Shown here in pieces: positions 51,309-64,000 of a stretch of DNA of 64,000 nucleotides (its first letter is position 1; each line of letters opens with the position of its first letter). The stretch comes from Paraspadella gotoi (lineage: Eukaryota; Animalia; Chaetognatha). The notes beneath the pieces were generated by a model. The model was not told where the DNA came from, did no database searches, and was given only the letters and a program-made list of their open reading frames with translations. Position numbers and translations under genes: made by a program. The DNA lies in contig CM119264.1 of assembly GCA_051294375.1 (NCBI GenBank), positions 28,416,709 through 28,480,708 on the forward strand. Reading direction: 5' to 3'.

Positions 51309-53847
51309 AAAAAAGGGGAAAAAATTCTTATCCAAAAATCGGGGCAATGATTTCCATTTATTTCTTTCTCAGGGACAAACGGGGATGAAAATCCGCTCGT
51401 TTTATAAAAGGTTTTTTATTTATTTTATTTTTATTTGTTTATTTTGTGTTGAAGCCAAAAGTATAAATTGGGAAAAAGAAATTGTCTGAAGGTCGATTTA
51501 TAGAAAATATATTTATTGAAAACATATAATTTTTTATATCTATAAATTAAAAATAAAAACACTTCTTTTTTGTTATTTATGTAAGTAATCAACAGACAAT
51601 TTTTTGTATTAGATTAGTTATAATTTTTCAATTTAGAATTAAATCCGTTGAGCAGCGTAAACAAAAGCGAACTTCAGTTAATCACCGCAAATCGATCACA
51701 GAAAACAAAACAAAACAAATACTCACGAGTTGAAGACAAAACAGCGGAGTTTTAACCAAAAAAAAAAGAACCGAAATGAGAGAAAAAAAAATGTTGTGAA
51801 CTGGAAACTAAAGGGGCGTGTCAAAACTCACTGATGGTGACACGAAGACGAGACGTGACGTTTGTGAACCCGATGACGTTGAGACCTCGACAGGTGATGT
51901 TGGCGTCTTCGTCCGCCTCGACGACCGTCAACGTAGCGCCCTCTTCCGTCAGGTTGAATCGAGTATCTTTGGCGAACACCTGGCGGAAAAAAAAATCGTT
52001 TTGAGAAAACAAAAGGGCAAGGGTATTAATTCGTTGGTAACTGGTAAACTTTATTAATCAATGTTTAAATAACGTCGTATTTTGGGGGTAAATAACATAA
52101 ACTGTGAGAAACCCTTAATTGGAATTTAATGTACAAAGACAGGAGGCAACATATATATTGTTTATTGTTTAATAGAACAATGACAACTTTGTCAATATAT
52201 AATCACCGGTGAGAGTTAGTGAGTGAGAGTAAGAGAGTGGAAGAGCTAGAGTGAGCGTGAGATTGAAAAGAATCACCTGATTTCCGTTGTAGAACCACGT
52301 CAATGATGGAATCGGATTTCCCACAGGGTGACACGTGAACGTCGCGGCTGAACCGATTCTCACGGTATTGATATTCGGATAAACTGTGACTCCTTTCAAA
52401 TCTGGTAATATGAGAGGGGGGGTGGGGGGAGCGAAGTGGGCGGCGAAATTTTAAAAATAAATATTTTTTATTAAAAAAGTTTTTTGTCTTAAATTTTGTT
52501 TCCGATTAAAAAATGGTATCAGTCTGTATTTCGGGCGTGCGAAACCAAAGGCTGCTCTGTGCTCAATTGCTCATACACAAGAACACTCTCCACATTTGAC
52601 AACAACACTTTACATATTTTAAATTGACCTCTATGGTAACAGCCGGGTTGCCTGTGATGCCCATTGGGATGGGGCATCTCACTGTTGGCTTTGGGGGCTT
52701 CCGACCCTCAGTGACGCCTCCAGTCACTGGCGCGGTTACCCTAGGACGGTCTTGCTTTGCCAACGCAGAGGGAAGTCGTTAGGACTATGGATGGAACACT
52801 ACGCCTGGGATGGTGTGTACTGTGTTCCCCATCTGAGCCAATGGATTTGGCTGAAGGAAGGTGGACGTGAGGCGGTATGAATATACCACCACAGGATGTT
52901 CTCCCTCTGAGCCAATGGATTTGGCTGAAGGAAGGTGGACGTGAGGCGGTATGAATATACCACCACACCTCCACACTTCGCCACATGGCTTTCCACACTT
53001 TAAATCTTTACAGGAATTCGTCGGCAGCTGAACGCGGCAGCGGCGACAGCCGCGGCGTCTGCTTAACCAATTTTGTGGGCGTTGCCTTTTTTCACTCACA
53101 CTGAACGTCCAATCGAGTGGCGCATTGCAGCGACGATCCTTCGCCCAAAATGTTATCGTGCGTCGCTTTGCAAAAAACTTGACGCCCGTTGTCTTCGCGA
53201 TAAACCCGAATGCGAAAATGAATGAATGAGTTATGAATTGGTACTGAGAAGGAAGAAAAGGAGAGAGGAGAGAGAGAGAGAGAGAGAGAAGAAGAGAGAG
53301 AGAGAAGAAGAAGAGAGAAGAAGAGAAGAGAGAGAGATGAGAAGAGAGAGAGAGAGAGAGAGGAGAGAGGAGATTCATAAGAGATGATAATTTTGAAAAC
53401 CAAATATAAAAATCATTCTACGCTTGTTTCTCCATGCTTTGACATACTTAGCCTATACTATAATTGCTAGTGCCTTAAATTTGTCTGGAAGTTGCAACAG
53501 ACAAGAAGACGGAGGGACGAGAAGAGAGAGAAGAGAGAGGAAGGAGATGATGAGAGAGAGAGGAGGGAGAGGAGAGAGAGAGAAGAGAGAGGAGAGAAGA
53601 AAATGAGGAGAGAGAGAGAGGAGAGACGACACTATAAGATAAACAGACCGAATTACCAGAGAGATGCCGGATTCCTGATTCGTATTAGTGAATCCTTTGT
53701 TGACATTCCCCGCGTGTTCCCAATAGATGGTGGGCCAATCGTCTTTGTCGTCGCTTCCTCGACTCTGAGAAGAAAAAAAAACAAAGGAGCAATGGAATCT
53801 TTAAGTTATTAGTCAATTAAATTAATTAAAAGAAAAATCTTTTAATT

Positions 53848-53931
<84 letters not shown>

Positions 53932-54089
53932 TCAAAAATTCATTTCTTTGTCAATGAGTGAATTGTTTTTAAAAGATAAATAAATAAATAAATTTCAAAA
54001 AAAGTTTTCCAAAATCCACGAGCCTCATGAGTCCCATGAGTTTCACGACGCCCATGGGAATCGAAAGCTCAATCTCGATTTTAGATTTC

Positions 54090-54158
<69 letters not shown>

Positions 54159-56308
54159 GGAAATAACTAATATCGACGAGAGAAAAAATTTGTTAAAAAG
54201 AAAGAAAAAAAAAAGGAAAGATTTTTCTCCTTCGTCATCCATCATGACGGGAACTCAAGCCACTCGCTCTTTTTTTTTTCTTTCTTTTTCATTTTCCTTT
54301 CTTTTTTGTTCCTTCTTTTTTTTTTTGCTATTTATTTCCCCTTTTTTTCCCTTACCTTGACGCTGCAAAGGAGACTCAGGTCCTCGCCTTCCCTGATTGT
54401 TTCCTTTCCAGTGTGGGAGCAATCCGGCGGCGCTGTGGGCGAGGGAGGAGGGAGGGAGGGAGGAGGGGAAGAGAAAGGGGGGAGAGGGAGAAAGGGGAGG
54501 GTAAATTGGAAAAGGAGAAGGAGAGTAGGAGGAAGAGGAGAAGTAAAGGAAGAAGGGACAATATTAAATAAAGGAAGGGAGGGGGAGAAAAAGAGAAAAA
54601 GGAAAGGAAAAGGGTAGGAACAGAAAAGGAAAAGGGAGAGTGGAGAAAAAAGAGGAGAGAAAAAGAAAGAAAAAAGGAAATGGTCAGGAAAGAATGATAA
54701 AAAGGAAAAGGAGAAAAAAGAAAGTGAGGAAAAAAAAAACTCGAATGGAAAAAAGAAAAAAAAAAGAAAAGTAAAAAGAAAGAGAAAAGTAGAGGGAGAA
54801 AAAAGAGGAAACGAAAGGGGGAGGAAAGAAGAGAGACAGGAGGAGGAGAAGAAAATTAAAACGGTTTGACGGTGGACGATGGAACCGACGATGGAACCGA
54901 ATCGATAGAAGTTCTATTTTTAGAAACGAAAAATGTAAACCGGAAAACGAAACCGAAACAAAACTAATATTAATCATAACAACAACAATAACAATGATAT
55001 TCGGTTCTGACCGGATCTGGAATTTTGGATACGAAGAGGGAAACCGTATGGTATATTGAGCCGAAAATCCCCGTCGGCACGAAGCGGAGCCTGGACTCTT
55101 GACTCTCTGCTGCATCTCTCTCTCTTCTTCTCTCATCTCTGCTTCTCTCTTCATGCTCTCTCTCTCTCTTCTCTTTTTCAGCTAGGCTCAATAAGACTCT
55201 TCCCATGTGGCGGTCAGTTTTCTTCTTGGGTTGCGGCGGTCCGTCTCCGGGTCTTCGCCAGGTCCTGCCTCCTCATGATCCCGTGTTTTTGTTTCAGCCA
55301 AATCCAATAATGGATTGATTCTTCTCTCTGCCCAGAGACCCACGGCACCAAACTGACCAAGTGCTAATGCTCCTCTTAACTTGACAAACTAGATCTTATT
55401 ATTTTTTTTGATCAAACAAAAGGAAAAAGGAGAAAAAAGAAAGTGAAGAGGAAAAACAGAACATCTCGAATGGAAAAAAAAAGAAAAAAAAAAGAAGAAA
55501 GTAAGAAAAGAACAAGAGAAAAGTATGGAGGGAGAAAAAGAGACAACGAAGAGGCTGTGGCAGTGAAGCAAGAACGAGATACAGGAGGAGAGGAGATAGA
55601 AAGAATTAGAAACGGTTTGAACGGTGGCGAGCTGGAACCGGCCGATGGAACCGAATCGAATAGAACTTTATATTTTAGAACGAAAAATTGAAACGCGGGA
55701 AACGAAACCGAACAAAACTAATTATTTAATCATAACAGACAAACAATAATCAATGATATTAGGTTCTGACCGGATCGGGAATTTGGATACGAAGAGGAAA
55801 CCGGCATTGGTATATTGAGCCGAGAAACTTCCCGTTCGGCACGAAGCGGCCGGTTTGAGTCTGTATCTTTCTCTGCACTCTTGATCATTCATATCCCTTG
55901 ACTTCTCTTCTCTGATCTCATCTCTCTCTCTCTCTCTTCTCTCTCTCGATCTTCTTCATTCTGCTCTCTCTCTCTCTCTCTTTTCAGCTAGCTCAATAAG
56001 AGCTCTTCCCCAGTGTGCGGTCATGTTTCTTCTTGGGTTGGGGGTTCCTGGCGGTCCACGGCGTCTCTCCGGGTTCTCCGGCTGGTTTGTCGCCAGGTCC
56101 TATGCCCTCCTCATGATCCGTCGTTTTATCGTCTTCAGCCAAGATCCATCAATAGATGGAGGATTGATTCTTCTCTCTGACCAGGAGACATGGGCACCAA
56201 ATCTGACCAAGTGCTATGCTTCCTTCTTACTTCTGGACAAATCTAGTGCTGTATTATTTTTTTTTCCTCGGTTCGTACTCTCCGTCTTTTCTCTTCCTCT
56301 GCTCTTCT

Positions 56309-56362
<54 letters not shown>

Positions 56363-56539
56363 TCTCTCTCTCTCTCTCTCCTACCAAATTTAAAAAGTTA
56401 TTGCTTGTAAACTCCCATAGCACTTTGCCTCAAGCCCTCCATCATTCTTCCTCACTATGTCCTTAAAAAAATCTTTAGTCTTCTTTAAAGTATATAAATC
56501 TCCCTCACACACAATTCTCTCTCTCTCTCTCTCTCTCTA

Positions 56540-56575
<36 letters not shown>

Positions 56576-57129
56576 ATCGCTCCGCTCGCTCGCTGCGTTC
56601 GACTGCACATTATTAAACACTAAAAAAAAAGAAGCCATTGATATTCTCGACGCCAACGAAGCGCCAGCTGGTGCCATTGTTTTCACTTTGGCGTGAGCCG
56701 TCGTTTCGCGTCAACCGGGCGTCATTCAGCATCGGGTCGGCGCCGGGAAAAGGTTGGCATTAGGACGCCGGGGTGCGTTGCCATTTTAGACGGATGCCAT
56801 CGATTCGGTGCATTCATTCCAAAAATTGGAAGAATTGTGGCAATTGGTATCAATAAACCGATCGCCTCTTTGCCATTGTTGTACCAGCCATTTCTCTCCG
56901 TCGCTTGTGCCATCGATTCCCGACGCACGGTGCCATCTAAACCCGGTTGCGATAGCATATATACATTTTTTTCTCGGTTCGGTAATGAAAACCTGATTCA
57001 TTGTCGCGGTCGCATTTTCAATTGTGCCAAATGGCGGTTTTTTTCCACCAATATCCCTTTATGTCGGGATAAGTGTTGTTTGTGCGAGAGAGACGAGAGA
57101 GGAGGAGAGAGGAGAGAAGAGAGAGAGAA

Positions 57130-57193
<64 letters not shown>

Positions 57194-57580
57194 ATAATAA
57201 ACCTCCCGCAATGCAATATAAAACGTGGATGGATAGTCATCTTCCGCGACCGAACTGCCAACCCTTCTGGCTTTCATCCCCTTTTCCCCTTCCTCTCCCC
57301 ATCCACCATCCCCCCTTTACCCTTTCCCCTTCCCCCCTCCCCAACCCCCCCTTCCGCTTCACCCACCTATGACCGTCAGCGAATAGAATGGCGCCTCGTT
57401 GCTCTGCCCGACGACGCCACTTGTAGCGCCCTCCATCCTCGAGTCGCGGGACGAAGGATCTTCAAGTGTGGGCGACTCCGTCGAAGGAATCGACTTCGGC
57501 AGTGAGCGAATNNNNNNNNNNNNNNNNNNNNNNNNNTCCGGTTCGTACTCTCCGCTTCCCTCTTTCTCTCTCTCTCTTCT

Positions 57581-57633
<53 letters not shown>

Positions 57634-57782
57634 CTCTCTCTCTCTCCTACAAATTAAAAAAAAAGTTTATTGCTTAGTAAACTCCCATAGCACTTTGCCT
57701 CAAGCCTCCATCATTCTTCCTCACTATGTCTCTTAAAAAAATCTTTAGTCTTCTTTAAAGTAATATGAAATCTCCCTCACAC

Positions 57783-57833
<51 letters not shown>

Positions 57834-58781
57834 TCTTCTCTCTCTCTCTCTCTCTCTCCTACAGAAAGTTTAAAGCGAGAGGCTTGCGCCTCCGTGAGGC
57901 CGTAGGGGACGTCGTTCACGAAGAGGACGTCCGCGTTGCCTGGAGGGAAACGGGGGGTCCAAGGAGGGGGGGGGGAGGAAAGAAGTCATTTGTCAAAAGT
58001 GGTCGTTAGTTCGACGACCTTTATTAATGACTTTTTCATTGAGAATTAATGAGAAAAGAAAGAGTAGTATCAATGATGCCAAGATATAAATAATAGTAAA
58101 ATCTAATACTTATGTATACTTATTGTGTAATTTACTTAACTTCTATATTAATTTTAAAATTTTTGTATAATTAAGTCAAATATAGTAAAACAAGATCGGT
58201 TCATCTAATGTGCTGCGCCGCAGTGACTCTCTTATCTCGCGCATTGGAATTCGTCTAGCAGTCTAGCAGTCCCTTAGATTTGTGTTTTTTTCCTGTCTTA
58301 ACAATTGAGAAATCAACTAAAGGTGAGTAATGAGCATTTTTAACGTAAGTGGGACAGACCGATCGACAGACGGACCGAAAAGTGACTTATAGAGTTGCTC
58401 CGCGAGTACTCGCGGCGGAACTAACAAGTAATCTTGCAATTTTTTATATTTTAAAATTAACAATTTTCTTAGTAATGATGGAAAAATAAAACAAAACACG
58501 AGATGAAAATTGACACCGAAAACCTAAGTTGACAAACATGACTTTATCATGATTTAAAATAATTTTATTATATAGTTAAATACCGAACTTACCTCCGGAG
58601 AGTTTGAGCCAAAGGACGGCTGCGGCTGGGGCTCCGCCTCCACCGCCGCTGCTGCCGCTGCCGCTGCCTCCGCCGCCGCCTGCCGCGTATTCGTTGAATT
58701 TACAGTTGAGCGTCGTTCCTCGAGATCCTTCAGCGACGACAACAGAAAGATCGGGGACGATCGCCTCGCGGGGTTGTTGGC
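47796..58781 (-). CDS. Single-pass Ig-superfamily cell-adhesion-type receptor (V-like + C2-like + I-set + TM); signal-peptide exon not located
   Basis: Exons: 58781-58593 (TTLNCKF...VLWLK), 57939-57863, about 57511-57367 (EDGGRYK(C)VV...YSLTVI, with indels next to a gap), 54432-54356 (IREGEDLSLLCSVK), 53764-53657 (PTIYW), 53243-53100 (REDNGRQVFCKATH...LDVQ), 52401-52277 (ATFTCHPVGNPIPSLTWF), 51979-51832 (ANITCRGLNVIG) and TM exon 50921-50801 (IAGIVVGLIALVVVVVVAAFLYVYF). A possible last exon at 47975-47796 reads ...NPPLY...RPSVIL*. The 53657/53243 junction is not phase-matched as assembled, and the cytoplasmic linking exon is unresolved. Confidence 0.75.
48140..48360 (+). mobile_element. Possible tRNA-derived SINE
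   Basis: GC-rich island in AT-rich DNA with a B-box-like GGTTCAATC at 48216-48224. The A-box is not clear, and there is only one copy in the window. Confidence 0.3.
49551..49920. repeat. About 22-bp pyrimidine-rich minisatellite (TTAATCTCCTCCGCTTCTCCCC)
   Basis: More than 12 diverged tandem units. A (GGATCTT)n run follows at about 50024-50069. Confidence 0.9.
54865..57860. repeat. Local duplications: about 54865-55390 vs 55605-56260, and 56266-56570 vs 57537-57860
   Basis: Collinear, error-rich near-copies adjacent to the 25-N gap at 57512-57536. Confidence 0.8.
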
Positions 58782-58782
58782 C

Positions 58783-58857
<75 letters not shown>

Positions 58858-59887
58858 CCAAGTCGCACTGTTTGGCAATCAGCGAAAATAAATTTACAGT
58901 AGGAATGAGAGGAAGAAAAGGAAGGAGAGAGGACAAAAAGTTCGGGAGGAAATGTTTGTGCAGAGGACATTGGAGTCGGGAAATGTTTGTGAATCGTCGT
59001 CGTCGCGTTGTACTCATTGAATTCACGCGCGGATGTGAGGGGTTGTGGTCGTGTAGCTTTCTTTTTTTTTGGGGGGGGAGAGCGGTGAAATGTGAAATCT
59101 TATAAGTATCAAGTCCAATTCTGATTCAACGCTCGAAACGTTTTGTATAATAAAATTTAAAAATTTGACAATGTACCGTTCATAAACTCTTCCAAGCCAT
59201 AAATACTGAATAAAAAAAAAAAAAAATACACAATGCATAATTCCGTCGAACCATAAGATAAATAAAATGAAATTTAAACAATTATCTCTCTCTCNNNNNN
59301 NNNNNNNNNNNNNNNNNNNNNNNNNNNNNNNNNNNNNNNNNNNNNNNNNNNNNNNNNNNNNNNNNNNNNNNNNNNNNNNNNNNNNNNNNNNNNNNNNNNN
59401 NNNNNNNNNNNNATAAATTCTTCCAAGCCATAAATACTGAATAAAAATAAAAATAAAAATACACAATGCATAAATTCTCTCGAGCCATAAATAAATAAAA
59501 ATGAAATTTAAAATACAAAATACATAAATTCTCATCAACGTCATTTATGTTTTTCCGATAAAAGAAAATAAACGAAAAAAAAATTTAAAATCTGATGAGC
59601 GAACGACAAAGTCATCGGGACAAAAGGGACATTGTCATTGGGACAATAGGATATTGGGACAACCTCGGGACAATCGCTGCTCGACAATGGAATCCCCCGA
59701 TCGACTCGTCAAACGAATTCAGGCTTCCGGTTTCGCCCGACTTGTGAGACGAGTCAGATTTCATCGTCACGTGACCATTCCGTGACGCGGTTCCATTCTT
59801 TCCCCCTTCTCCCTTCACTTAAATGGGTGAATTGTGTGAATTGTAACAACATCCGGGATACGATTATCTCGTTGCGAGGGAAAAAAT

Positions 59888-60123
59888 ACGACGGCGACGG
59901 AGACGACGACGAAGACGACGATGACCACGACGAAGACGATGACGACGACGAAGATGACGACGAGGATGACGACGAAGACGATGAGGACGAAGACGATGAT
60001 GGAGACGATAATGATAACCACGACGAAGACGACAACAAAGATGACGACGAAGATGACGAAGACGACGACGAATACGACAACAAAGATGACGACGAAGACG
60101 ACGACGAAGACGACGACTACGAA
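59888..60123. repeat. Degenerate (GAC/GAT/GAA)n trinucleotide tract
   Basis: About 78 triplets. No convincing splice sites. Confidence 0.85.
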
Positions 60124-61251
60124 TAGGACATCTACGCTCGCGGGCCAACGTCACCGGAGGAAAAAAAAATTTCCTCACATAATGAGAACGTGACTCGGCA
60201 TAATGCCAGAGGGAGCTGGAAGAGGGAGTGGAGTAAGATGGAGGGGTCTGGAAGAGGTGGGGGTAAGAAAAGAGTGGCCGGCTCGGCGGGCCCCGGCGCG
60301 ATGCGGGCCCGGCGGGGCTAGTAGAAGCCAGGGTTGCGGAGACGGCGCCGAGAGGAAGTTGAGGGACCGGACTCTGGGAAAAGGAAGAGAGGAAATGTTG
60401 ATGGAGGAAAAGGATGGATGATGGAGAGAAAAGGAAAAGGGTGATGGAGGAGAGCCAATGATGGAGGAAAGAAAAGAAATTGGTTGATGGAGAGAAGAGA
60501 AGCCGATGGAATTATTGCGCGAGAGAAAACGAGTTTGCGTAGGATTGTGACGNNNNNNNNNNNNNNNNNNNNNNNNNTCTCTCTGCTCTCTCTCTCTCCT
60601 CTCTCTCTCTTCTCTCTCTCTCTCTTCTCGTCTCTCTCTGCTCTCTTTTTTTTTTTTCCCTCGGATCCTCTTCTCTTTCCTCTCTCTCTTCTCATCTCTC
60701 TCTCAAACCAATAACTAATGTGTATGACAAAACGATAATATCATAAAATATCTTAAAAAAAAATCAGTTAGTTTTTTTTTTTTTTTCTAACTTAAGCCGG
60801 TTTTTGTTTTATCGCCCTTTTTTTTTTTCTCCCCTTCAGATTTAATCTTCCGATCTCGGCAAAGAGGTTAGGCCATCTTATGGTGGCCATGCTTCATTAC
60901 TTTGGTCATTTAGCCGTCATCTACATTCAAGTCTTTCATCTCAGTCAATCGGATATTTAACGTGGTCACGAGAGAGCTGGAGTAGGGGAGTGTTTTTTTT
61001 TTTTTTTTTTAAAGACGCCATAATATCACTATTTTTTTTTTTAAATTTTAAATATTCCAGAAGCAAACTTTCTGGGAACTATTATAAATAATTAAAGAAA
61101 ATGTAATTATAACAAGAATAATAATTGTGTTGAATTCACCTTTTAAATTCGGGGGGGAGAGTCGTGAGTTGGGGGGGTAGTATTATAAAAACTACGACGG
61201 AAGAAATTTTTGACATTAGTGAAGCGAATAAGATTATCGATTCGTTTCCTT

Positions 61252-61432
61252 ATTATATATATATATATATATATAATGCAGTTAAGAGGGACGGGGCCTT
61301 AACCCGGCTGTCAACACGGTGGTTACACGCCTGATCCAAAGCTCAGGGACTGCTTATATTGAACGTTCTGTCATTAACAACAGTACAATGTATCTCTAAC
61401 GATGAACCGCTAACGCTCTCTACCGATTCGCC
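61252..61432 (-). mobile_element. Possible SINE ending in (TA)n
   Basis: Minus strand starts GGGCGAATCGGTAGAGAGCGTTAGC (A-box-like GGTAGAG) and ends in a (TA)n tail. No clear B-box. Confidence 0.3.
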
Positions 61433-61783
61433 CACCCCCCTTCGCCTTTAAAAAAAAAAACAACAAAAGCGTGCACAAGGCAAAGGCTAAGATCCATGCA
61501 CTCGCCGGCCCCGAATCCTTTTGCAACGTGTTGCTCTCAGTTTCGTTCTCCATCCTTTACAACGTTCAATCCGACGGAATGCTAATCCAGAGGTCGAACT
61601 CTACTCCTCATACGGACGAGCACAAGAAAAATGCCATCGGTGAGAGAGGGAGAGAGAGAGAGAGTGAGTGGAATGTGTGAGTGAGGGTACAGATTGTGAC
61701 AGTGACAGAGAGAGAGAGTGACAGTGACAGAGCGAGAGAGAGTGACAGTGACAGAGAAGCTAGTGACGGTGACAGAAGAGAGA

Positions 61784-61825
<42 letters not shown>

Positions 61826-64000
61826 GAGAGAGAGAGAGAGAGGCAGAAGAAGAGGCGAGAGAGGAGAGAGAGTGATATGTGTGGACGTGAGTGACAGAGT
61901 GAAGAGTGTGACAGTGACAGAGAGAGAGTGGAGCTGACAGTGACGAAGAGAGAGAACAGAGAGACGAGAGAAAGAGAGAGAGAGAGAGAGATAGTTGATG
62001 TTCCGCTTTTTAATCAAACGAAGCCAAAAGTCGAAAAACAAACGCGACAGTTTTTAAGTGAGTGCGAATGTCGCCGAAAGTGCACGCCCCTTAAAATAAC
62101 TCGCACGGCTAAAGAATTTAAAACAACGCCGCACTGGCGTCATTAACTTTTTTTTAGCCCTAATTAATTGACGCCGACGAGCGATCGTTTTATGGCGGCC
62201 AATAGACGGCCCGTAATTCGTTATCGGACGCGTCTGTTTCCCATGAATATTTCTTTTTTTTGTAATATTTTATTTTTTGATTCTTACCACTAGAGGATGA
62301 GAAACACTAGACATTTAAAGATTTTACGTCTCGCATGAAAAGGCTCTCGCGGCGCCGTTTACGATTATGAAAGATAAATTAAATAGCGTTTGTAATTTCT
62401 TTTCGGTTGAATGAGACGGAGAAACAATCCCAAGTTTTGTTTATTTATTAACAACTAATTTTTCATGTTAATCAAACAATGTTAGTTAGTAGCTCAAATG
62501 AAAAATCTTTATTTTTTCGCCCTAAACAAAAATGAGACAATATCCCTTGCTTCTGTTTCTATAAGGACAGACGGGCAGAAGCCGAAACTTGCCTACAAAA
62601 AGTATAAAAATATATTATAGTAGTATTAAGTATACTATAAGAGAGGCATAACTATAGGAGAGTATAGGTCGTTGTCCGTTGTTGTCGTTGTTGTTGTGTT
62701 GTCGTTGCTTGTCCGCCGCTGTGTCAACAAAAATAGTGATTCCGTGAAATCGGCCGGACAATTCATCTTGTTTTTTTTTTGTTTTTTTTTTGTTTTTTTT
62801 GGGGGGGGGGACTTAGTCGTTCATGTCTCCTCCTTCATTCCGCATATCCGTATAATCTGTCAAAACAGACAAAAACTGACAAAGCAAATCACGAGGAATT
62901 AGAGATGAAAAACAAACACACGTGAGAATGTTTCCGCGCGAAGCAGATGAATACGAAACGTGACTTGGTGCTTTGGTTGAAAAAAATTTCATTTTTTTCT
63001 TGGGCTCTCTTCTTTTCTTTCGAGAATGCCCTTAATCATTTAAACCCTAAATATGTTTTTACAATTACCAACAAATCTTTACGGCTAATTCCATAACCAT
63101 AACCTAAATGCCTGGAAAACCTATCCTTAATGCTCTATCCTCTAAACCCAAAATCCCTAAACCTTAAACACCTTAATTTTTAAACAAAAATTAAAACTTA
63201 ATTCCAAAATTAAAATTATGAAATGGCACTTCTGGGGAAAAGACGAGGCCCTTAAATTAATTTTCCCTTCCAATTTCCCTTATTTTTCCTTCTCGTTATT
63301 CCTTTTATTATCTCGAGTTGATTTCCATCAGATTTCAGTTTCGCTGATGAGCCCTTTTTTTTTGGGGGGGACAGAGTACCTAACGGAAAGCCCTTGTAGT
63401 AAGGAGTAGATTGTTTCTGATGGATTTTCTCTTGGAATTTGATTCCTTGAAGTCGTTGAGCCAAAGACTCCATTGAGATCGTTTCGTTGCCGATTCCCGT
63501 CGGCAATCCGGCGCCGGGGCCTGAGAGAATTTTACGGCGCCGATTGATTAAAGTCTGCCGAGAAATGAAAACGAGCTCGGTTGCCGGGAAATTTTCCGGC
63601 ATCGAGAAAATCATTGCCGAATTCCCCTTTCTTTATCTCGGGATAAAAAGGGGCACTGTTTTTTGAAAGCGCCCAAAGATGTTTCTAATACTTGAATTTA
63701 GTTAAAACATGATTTCTTAAAAATATTTGATTAAATCCAAAACTTTAATCCCAAACTCATTTTAAATCCCTCAGCCTTTTACCCTAATCACTAACCTTAT
63801 TTCTTAATTGTAATCCCGTACTAAAATTGATTTCAAAACCCTTACCTAATTATTTACTTAAATCCCAAATCTCTAATCATTTAAACTATTTAACCTTAAA
63901 AATAATTTTATTATAAATTTAAACTGAAATGGGGCGCTTTCTAAAAATATGTCCAAAAAAGGAGCAATTTGATTCCGCTGTTTCCGAGTCAGAAGATCAA

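Noticed and set aside
52635-52655. c-di-GMP-I riboswitch-like ACAGCCGGGTTGCC
   Set aside because: The 5' half of the aptamer is missing and the context is a eukaryotic intron.
55175-55390. Degenerate LINE 3' fragment on the minus strand
   Set aside because: Only a vague peptide resemblance in error-rich sequence; not supportable without a search.
56693-57505. 270-aa plus-strand ORF
   Set aside because: Runs through a microsatellite and antisense to an Ig exon in an error-rich segment, with no recognisable domain.
59592-59625. Other CTGATGA motifs (also about 46156 and 63344) as hammerheads
   Set aside because: No stem II followed by GAAA and a cleavage triplet.
59754-60193. Poly-Asp, poly-Ser or hydrophobic ORFs, including a possible signal-peptide exon
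   Set aside because: Trinucleotide tract open in most frames, with no supporting splice sites.

Overview
Eukaryotic (animal-like) genomic DNA with short AT-rich introns, GC-rich exons, many microsatellites and five N-gaps, four of them exactly 25 N. 0.3-15.8 kb is a compact cluster of four spliced genes reconstructed by hand: an ANKRD28/44/52-family PP6 ankyrin subunit (-, 19 exons), CTNNBL1 (-, 2 exons), a CCDC96/CFAP184-like gene (+) and a Pro-rich protein with two tandem death domains (-). 16-46 kb is dominated by near-identical tandem segment copies, probably partly long-read gap-fill or haplotype artefacts. It contains an unusually long XK-related membrane protein gene that appears nested in an intron of an acidic-protein gene. 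47.8-58.8 kb holds a 3-Ig-domain single-pass adhesion-type receptor (-). Most notable observations: a TSD-flanked palindromic insertion carrying back-to-back Penelope-type minimal hammerhead ribozymes, 3-4 GC-AG introns among about 40, a triplicated in-frame splice acceptor, an XK plus second multi-TM fusion, and a VNTR built from a stop-codon junction. The organism cannot be identified from the sequence alone.
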